A stretch of DNA of 64,000 nt, from positions 505,846-569,845 of the forward strand of contig NMRA01000018.1 in assembly GCA_002633005.1 (NCBI GenBank), given 5' to 3'. Within the stretch, counting starts at the first letter, position 1; the number at the start of each line of letters is the position of its first letter. Of this stretch, positions 13,601 to 22,600 are shown piece after piece. The DNA comes from Phoronis australis. Taxonomy: Eukaryota; Animalia; Phoronida. The position numbers and the translations under genes are program-made. The notes beneath the pieces were generated by a model, which saw only the letters and a program-made list of their open reading frames with translations, was not told the origin of the DNA and ran no database searches.

Positions 13601-16600
13601 CATATTTTAATTCAGATATTAAATAAGACTTGGGTACAAAGGTTATTAGTTTCTACACATAAACATGAAGATGAAATGTCAAGTATGTTCTGCCTTACAA
13701 AAGTAGTTTTGTCTTGTCTTTTCTTTTACAATTTACAAATATTTCTATTCTGTTACAGGCGAGAAAAACAACTGAAACCAACCGCCTGACCATCTATTTT
13801 ACCGTTGGACAAAGTAAAAAAGCAATCCTTCAGCAATAACCTGAGAGAATTGAACATAATTCAGAAATTCAGCACCTGATATGCCTGATTATGGACTCCC
13901 TCGCAATGTTGTTTCTTTCTGTGCTTTTTCAGTTTGCCATTTATTTTTAAGTACACTTATGTATTGTTTATTCTCGAATCTTGTGCATAGCAGATTTTTA
14001 TCCAGCTAACTACGAATGAAAACATACAATAAGACAATCGATGCAGACACTGAATGTCATTTCCCCATAATGTGTACCAAATTGAAAAGTTTTTACCAAT
14101 AGTATAAAGCCTTTCTTCTGAAAGGAAAATTTAATGTCACTCAGCTTTTGGCTTTCATTTCACTGGGATCTAGTTTCAATGGCCTATGGAAGCGCTTGTA
14201 AAAAAGGTCCAGTTTCAATTATACGTGGCTTTCTTTCATGTAACCTCATTCAGCCTCAATAACATCCACAATTAGACCCTTGAAGGTAAACACAGCAGCA
14301 TATCACTTGAATAGTTTTGAGCCCAAAATCAGACTCTGAACTAGACCAGAGTGTGACTAGGTCTTCTTTAGCTTCAGTCCCTCATGTTTCTTCCAGGAAA
14401 GGAAATAAGCTATTGTCCACACATGACTCATTGCCTATGAAAGGGCATCCTCACCAACAAGGATTATTTGTGTAACAGTGAGATATAGTTCGTCTGGATA
14501 CACAGACACTCCACTGGCACATTGTCTTACGGTAACTTAGTACTGCGATTCACATTTCTCCAGGGCCACTGACTTGCACATTGTGCCATGCAGCACTGCT
14601 GGTGTGTGGAAGTGCTGTGGGAAGAGAACGGAGTAACAAAGTTTGTCTATGATACAGCTTGAAGTGGCCTTAAAATGTCACTGAACCTGGAACAAATATT
14701 GAAATATGAATAATTAAGTACTCCNATTGATTGATGTAACTGTCACTGATAAACTTTTAGAAATCATTCCAAACAATAATAATGCTTTGATGTACGAAAA
14801 GATCCCGATTGCTACGTCAAGTATCGTATCACATATCACAACATACAAAGATTAACCAGACTCTGACTGGCGACTGACTGCCACGAAGTCGACATCGGCG
14901 AGTACCTCAGTTAACAGGCATCGGTAGAATAATCATGGAATAATCGCTAAAATAATCACAAACCTTACCTTTGTATGAGGTCGTGCTTACTTCCTCTCAT
15001 AGAAGCACCCTTTTTACGCAATCTCAGGTTCAGTTGGCACGGCTGCAAGCCATTTCACCATGTATTTAAAGGGCTCGCGAAATCGAGGTTGTTAATCTAT
15101 CACCACTAGTACACGCACGCCCTCTAGTTATTGTAGATTTTCCGAATACCCCCATTATATACGAGAGTGTAATATTTAATTAAAGGCATAAGTGTTGGAA
15201 AAACTGAAGTTAAAATTCTCCAGTACGTAGATGACAATACCTTATTTCTTCATGACAAAAATTCTGGCATTAATTGTCTCAAATTTTTAGAACATTTTGG
15301 TTTACTTTCTGGTCTCCAGCTAAATATTAAGAAATGTGAAGGGTTATATGTAGGTCGAGAAAAAGAGTGTTCTGAACCACTTCATGGCTTCAAGTGGACT
15401 GGCAAATCAATCAAGAGTCTGGGAAAATTTTTTAGTCATAGCAAAAAAGAAAATGATTTTTTAAATCTTGAACTCAAAATTAAGTCCTTTAAAAAGTCTG
15501 GAAAAGTCGCAATATTTCATTGTTAGGAAGGATCAATGTAATTAAAACATTTGCGCTGTCTAAAATAATTTATGTGATAAGCAATTTAGGAATTGACAGT
15601 GAACGTAGAGCTAAGATAAATATTATTATAACAAATTTTATTTCGCAAAATAAATCACCTAGAATCTAAAAAAAATGTGGCTAAAAATACCCATGAAAAT
15701 GGTGGTTTGTCAGTTCCTGATATAAATATGTACAAGTCATTATTAGTTAAGTGGGTTACGCGTTGCTTAGATTGAAACAATGAAGTTTTCAAAGTGTTTC
15801 CAGGGTATGTTTTTAAAACATATGGAGGTATTTTGATCTTAAAATCAAATTATGATTGTACATTGCTGTCTCTTGCAAATATTGATACCTTCTATCTTGA
15901 CATCTTGATTGCTTGGGAAGAAACTAGTGCTCATTTACATAAGGACATAAGAATTGTAAACCAAGTAGTGTGGAATAACAAAAACATATTGATTAATAGG
16001 AGGACTGTATTCTTTAATAGTTTCTTTGAGGCTGGTATCACTTTTGTGAAGGATCTTTTGAATTTTGAAAATAAATTTCTGACATGGGAGGTTTTGAAAA
16101 ATAGATATAAGCTTTCAAATTGGATTCGTTATGCTGCTTTAAGACGTGCAATTAAGTTGAAAGCTGATCCTTCGATTTCAAAATGCATACATCCCCAGTC
16201 AAGCCAAATTACTAATGAGTTTTCTAGAAATATTTTGCTTTCCAAAATTGTTTTGCCTCCTGATATGGAGTACAGCTTAACTGACATTTACTCTAGACAA
16301 CGAATTAAACAAACTTTTGATCTTCCACACAAACTCTTGTTACCTACTTATGTTAAAACCTTCAAGTACTTATATATTCATAGAAAAGTGTTTACAAAAC
16401 TTCTTTTGAAAAAGATGAAATTAGTAAGTGATCACAAGTGTGCATCTTGTGGAACTGTTGAGACTTTTAACCATATGTTTATGTAATGTGGTTCTGTGAA
16501 AACTTTGTGGTGTGAAATTCAGAAACTTTTAATTTACGTAACTGCACAACACGATTTAATCTTAGATAGAAATGTTACTTTGACAGCATATTTTGGATGT

Positions 16601-19600
16601 AATTTTAAAGATATAAATACCATATTAACTGTTTGTAAGTATTTCATCCATAAATGTTCTAGAAACCAGATTATTCCTAGATATTCACAATTTCAATGTT
16701 TCTTGTATAATTGTTGTAAAGTAAGGAATATACAACCCCGCAAAACTGCCTTTTGGGAAACCGTCAATGCCTATTTATTTTAGACCAACCGTGAATTTCT
16801 ATTATTGAGATATGCGTGTGTGCTGTGTGTGTGTGCCTGTGTTTCATTTGCAAAGATCTTATTGTTTGTAAATATTAGTGTATTTAGAAATAAAATGTAT
16901 TAAAAAACATCTAAAAATAGATTTTGACTTTGTAGTACCTGTCAACAAGTTTGAGCTCATGATTTAAAGTACATATGCACAAATTTTGGGCATCTAAAAA
17001 TGGACCCATTCTTATTAATTACTTTATCAATATTTATCCTGACAAATAAGCCCCTCCTCAAGAAAATACTTCTTAAGATTTCCGCAACATGGAAGACTTA
17101 AATATTGATTAACACTTATATCTACTACCCAATTTCTAAAAATCTTCAATACTATAACCTACTCAGGTTATCAGCACCAACATTCTCTGAGCCTTTGACA
17201 GCTTCAAACTTAAATCGATAGTTTTGCAAAAACAAGGCCCACCTCATGATGCGTCAATTGACTAACTTTCTTTTTGAAAGTAAGCCAGTCGGTATGAATG
17301 ATAAATTCTTTACCATACAAGTATTTTGCAAATTTTCTGATGGAAAAGACGATAGCCAAACACTCCCTCTCAATGACTGAGTAATTACGTTCCCGAGTTA
17401 ACAATTTCTTACTAGCACATGCTACTGGGAATCGGCCATCATCATACTCCTGCCACAAAATACAGCCTATACCAGAATCTGACGCATCAATCTGAACGAT
17501 AAAGGATTTACTGAAATCGGGTAATCTCAGTATGGGTGCTCTCGTCAGCAGGCCTCGAAGAGTGTCGAACGGATGCTGCTGAACTTCCTCCCATTTCACG
17601 GTGTTAGACTGTTTTGTCTTGGTGAGTTCAGTAAGCGGGATGGCGATTTCAGTGAAGTTTGGGATGAACTTCCTGTAGTAGCCATCCAAACCGAGAGAAG
17701 AACGAACTTGTTTCTTCGTTCTGTGTCGTGGTGCATCTCGGATGCGTACCAGGTTTTCTTCATCCATTGTCAGGTGACCTTTGCCGACCACATGTCCAAC
17801 AAAATCGACGAAGCGAGATCCAACCGAACACGTGGTGGGTCGAATAGTTAGTCCAGTCTCTCGTACACGTTGGAAGGTGTCTCACAAGGTGGCAAGGTCT
17901 TCAGTCCAGGTCTTATTATGGCACAGAATGTCATCCACATAATATTCTGTGTTATGTGCTCCTGCCAACATCTCCCTTATCATGCGGTTGAAGGTCGCTG
18001 CCGAATTTACCAGACCAAATGGCATCTTCACGAACTTGAAGCAACCACTTAGTACTACAAACGAGGTCTTAGGCCGCGATTCTTTGGCGACAATGACTTG
18101 CCAGATTATCCTTTACTAAGGTCAGTCTTCGTAAAATACAGGTCTTTACTGATCATAGCCATCAGTTCCGAGTAAAACTTGGTGATGGCGTTCAAACTAC
18201 GAAAATCGATACAGAATTGATTTGAACAGTCCTTCTTCACTAAGACCACCGCAGAGTTGTAGGGACCATCGGACGGTTCTATGACTATACACTTTAACAT
18301 TTGTCAACTTCTCTCTGCACAACGGACCGTGTGGCATGTATACCCAATTCACGCGGTGGACATTAAAATCCAAAGCGAGGCTCGCTGCGAGTTAAATGAC
18401 CGGTCGAGTCCAACCTGGATATTAAATCTTAAAAATGTGTCGACAATTAACCACAGAGACGTAGAAAAATACATTAGAGAACAAGTTAATGCACCAAAGA
18501 GTTGTCTGACGAAAGGGTATATTTTTGGAAAACTACATGTATTTTCGGCGATCGTAGTGTTACGGATTAGGTATTATGCTGAATGCAGGGTTACGAATCT
18601 TCTTGTAATTAAATTGTTGACAAAAATGCTTTCTACACGAACCAGGTCATCTGCTCGTATTGTTGACGAGTTGAACTGAGATATATTCGACAGTGGTGGC
18701 TCATCGCATTTTGCTGTCATGGCGTGCAAGTAGTCACACCTGGTTTTGTTGATCAAGCATAGCCTGATCCTGGTGAGATAGGGACTATACCGGGACTAAC
18801 AGTTGATTTGTCATTGATCTGATAGAATAACTGATGAAAAAAGCAGGCTCGTAATTTAAAATAAAAATTATTTGACCATCAATTCTGCTTTCTTGGTTTT
18901 AATACTTCTTACGTCTATTTCATGTATTAGGTTTCAAATATCAATCTGGACCAAGTTGAATTTTAAAATTAAATCACCTAATTCGTTCGTCTAAAGCATA
19001 ACCTCGTTTTAGAACTCGATTCAGTTAACTGGCCATAGCAATCATAATTATCATGTTTCTAGGAGCCTCGTTCATCCGAGGTCGGGGAACTGAGGTGCCT
19101 AAGCCTTCTGAGAGATTTTTTTTCACTGAGTGAGGGGAAAACTCTACCTCCTGATCACCATCAATAGCAACCCGCCGATTGCAAGCTCTCATAGGCTCTG
19201 CCTCAATTTAAAGTAGCATTTTGTGCTCTTTCAAATTGTCACCTGTGTGGTTGCAGGTGATTTGAACTTTGGATCGAGGGGAATTTTTGGGGCTCAGGGG
19301 GAAATTTCGCGTGACTTTCAATATTTTTGAGAGGGAAATAGGGCCGATATTCGGCCCCAAAATCGAAGGATTGAGGGCCCTGTCCTTTTTGGAAAGAAAA
19401 GTGCATCGTGTTTCAACCCGTAGTCATGAGCCTGGCTGGCCGAAGGTTCTCCGGTCGTCGCTATCGATGCTTGACAACCGAGATGCGACAAAATATGATC
19501 TAAATTTTTCGAAAACATTTATAAATTTTACACGGACATATTTTCCTTCGTCGCGGCGTATGTAAACGACCCAACGCTTTCGAATCTCAACGTCCTTTGA

Positions 19601-22600
19601 GGTTGTAAAGCAGACAGTCGAGTGTCCGTATTTTTTCTAGCCGTTCGAGCAACGCGGCCCTTCACTACTATGCCGATAAGCTAACAGAGCTATCGTAGTG
19701 AGCCTCGTTTTCGAACGCGCCTCCTGTCGGAGTGAATTGGGTCTATGGCAAGGGATATGGCTTGACTCTCACCGGCTCTTCACTGATGGCCTCAATCTTG
19801 TGCTCAACCAGATGGGTCGTACCCAGTGCCTAACTAAAGATGTCAGAGTACTTTTATAGCAGACTTGTCACTTTCCTTTGTTGGATTGTAGTGATTTCGT
19901 CTGATATCTTGACATCTTTGTATGTTTCTTTTTGGTTTGTCGATCCCAACCCTAGCAGATATTCATCATCGGCAACACCATCTTCGTTGTCCGTTTCAGT
20001 CTGAAGTACATCTATGGCTACGAGGTCAGAATTCTGATCTGCATCATCTCTACTTGCAGCAACACTTTGGTTACGAGGTATATAGAGTTTCAACATGTAT
20101 GTCTTGGTCTTTCCACCAACCCTTATCGGACTACCTTTTGCTACCACGACTTGACACTTCACCGTGTTCTTGTGTCTACTGTCTTGGCCCGTTCCTGCTG
20201 AGAGGCAGACGACTGCTTACCTACAGCGAATCTTTTGGACTGGGAGTTTTTCATTCCGCAGTCCCTGGCTAGATGACCCTTCCGATGACAATTGAAACAC
20301 TCTTTGTCACCCTTGTTTCTGATCATCAATTAACGAGAAGTCTCTCTGCCCTTCGTTCCTCTGTGTTGCTTGGCGGTGCATGTCTTCTGGATACACGACC
20401 AAAGTCTCTCTTTGTGAACCCTTTGCCCAATAAACCAGTACAGTGGGCTTCCGTGTACAGTTGAGCAATGGCCGACATCTCGTCGAAGGTCGTCGGTTTC
20501 CGTTCCCTCAGGAATATACACACATCTCAGGATGGCACACTCCCAGAAACTGCTCTCGGATCAGCAAGTCTCCGAGTCCATCATAAGTCGTCTCGACCTC
20601 CGCCAGTTGTGTCCATCTATCAAAGAACCTTTTCAGTCTTGCCCCAAATTGGAACACGTTTTCACCCTTTTCAGGCTTGAACTCTCTGAGCTTCCGTTTA
20701 CTGTTAGTTCATACCAGTGCAGTAGCGCCACCTTTAGTTGTTCGTAGGTGTTAATTTGGCCGGACGGCCTTTACCCGTCAACAATGGACTCAAGTCCACA
20801 GTCCACTCTGATTTTTCCCATTTCTGGCTTGTGGCAAACGTCTCTTATCGGGCTAGGAAGGCATCCATGTCATCGATGCGCTCGTCGAACCTTGGAAGTT
20901 TGGGACGGCTGGTACGTACGCCACTGTTTGCAGCCTCACCACTAGGTGTCGCTTTGAGCTCAATTTGGATTTGCAGTGTCTTCTGCTTCTCAATCTCAAT
21001 AGCTTGGGCCCGCTCTGCTTATTCCCGTGCAAGCCCTGCCTGTTCACCGTGCAAGCCCTACTTTTTCCGCCTGTTCCAGTTCCCGTTCATGGGCACGCTC
21101 TTTACGCTCCAAGGCCTGCAGCAAGAGCTCCTATGCGCACTTCCTTAAGTTAAGTCTTCACCGGTATAACCGAACTGTTTGGCTTGCGCAATACACTTTT
21201 CAAAAGCCATTTTAGAAGAAGGGTTTTATTCCCAGAATGCACTTTATTAATTAATATTCAAACGGTAATTACTGGATTCAAAACAATTCAACACAATCAC
21301 ATAAACCTTTATTTAAACTCTCCCTGACTAGCCCCCAAATGTCAGAGATTGATTGTGGGTTTGTTAAATAGGTAGCTATGTTTGAGATGGTGCGTAGATG
21401 GAGAGACAATTATCAAATCCAGTAATTGATTTATTATATGATAACCACTAACTAGACAAGTGATACCTGTTGTTTATGAAGTAATTAATTACAAAGAAGA
21501 GTAGCTAGGCTAGCGCCCTCTTGAAAGATTACTTCAACCAATTAACCATAACAATCAAATATGTCTTATCTGCTATTCAAGCTGTAGAACTCTCCACTTG
21601 TTGGATGACTATCCTTCCGTGAATCTTCGAACTACACACACTATATTGCGACAGTGTACTAATGGTCACAGTCTCTGCGGACGCAACATTTGCATGCAGT
21701 TTCTTCTACCCACTATTCTTGTTGCTGGTCACAGTCTCTGGTGACGCAACACTTCAGGCAGTATCTTACTATCCAAGATGCAAGTGACAAGCTCTTAGTT
21801 AACTTTCTGTTCATTAACCCTTGCCCTTGCCAAGATCTTCCCTAGAATCTTCCACGAGATGGCTCTGTTGTACAACTTCCAGGGTACACTGTAGCAAGTC
21901 GTCATGCTGCAACTACAATAGCTCATCTGGATATCTTCTTGATTTTAGCCTATATTATAAAATTCTACTTATTTAGCGATTGTCTAATCAAAACCAGATG
22001 ATCATATCCAATCACGTCATTGGCTGTTACGATTTGTTCTCAGAAATTTCTACAATCTCTAGAGTGCTTCGACCCCAGAAACAAAGTTGTAAACACGATC
22101 AAAATTAGTTTGACCCAATGATTTAAAATTACATATGCACAAATTTTAGGCAACTTTGAATAGGTCTATTCTTACTAATAACTTAATCAATATTTATTCT
22201 GACAAGTATAAAGCTTGATGGCTATTGAATTTGCGGCTATGATATGTTGGAGAAATAAAGATGAGGCTAATGTTCACGTAATGCGTCCACCTATTCGCTG
22301 TTTGCGAGTTTTCATATCAAAATATACTGTTCAGCGCTTTTGCTTTTGTCAGTTTTGAGGGACGTGTCTTGACCTGAGTTACGCTGTGCGTCAATTTGAA
22401 GTCATGCTTAATCTCAAGATCGCGTATGAGTGAACTTGGAATACACAAAGAAACTTGACAAGTTATCTCGAACAATCACGTGCACGTTGCTAAATAATTG
22501 CACTGCACTAAATGAGATTATACGATAATAAAATGATATTAATTTTGACCAATATTCTTTCAACTATTAGCGATCTTATTCACCAAACAATAATTGATTT

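Larger units (their letters stand above)
9514..16907 (+). mobile_element. Full-length, decayed L1/Tx1-clade non-LTR retrotransposon
   Basis: ORF1 coiled coil + RRNSLRTYGLKE..IDRAHRIG..PRPMIVKF..EDLT. ORF2 APE (SLNCRSLN..DIAILQET, SRIDYWLVS), RT (KSPGND, PISLLNTDYKIL, LDFCKAYD, GVRQGD, QYVDD), C-terminal CASC..H zinc motif. AATAAA plus short A tail at 16889-16907. Confidence 0.93.
8766..17044 (-). repeat. 3' LTR of Gypsy element, split by LINE insertion (8766-9513 and 16908-17044)
   Basis: Both segments align to 21340-22204; the inner end TCCTGACA abuts the PPT. Confidence 0.9.
8766..22204 (-). mobile_element. Decayed Ty3/Gypsy LTR retrotransposon, Gmr1-type (IN before RT), with nested insertions
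   Basis: Termini TGTCAGA...TCTGACA flanked by 5-bp TSD AGTAT (8761-8765 / 22205-22209). Two homologous LTRs. Minus-strand remnants of gag (PKLPRFDE..DMDAFL..QKWEKSEW), IN C-terminus, RT (IEPSD..VVLVKK..FCIDFRSLN; YVDD) and RNase H (DASDSGIG..ERNYSVIERECLAIV). Confidence 0.93.
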
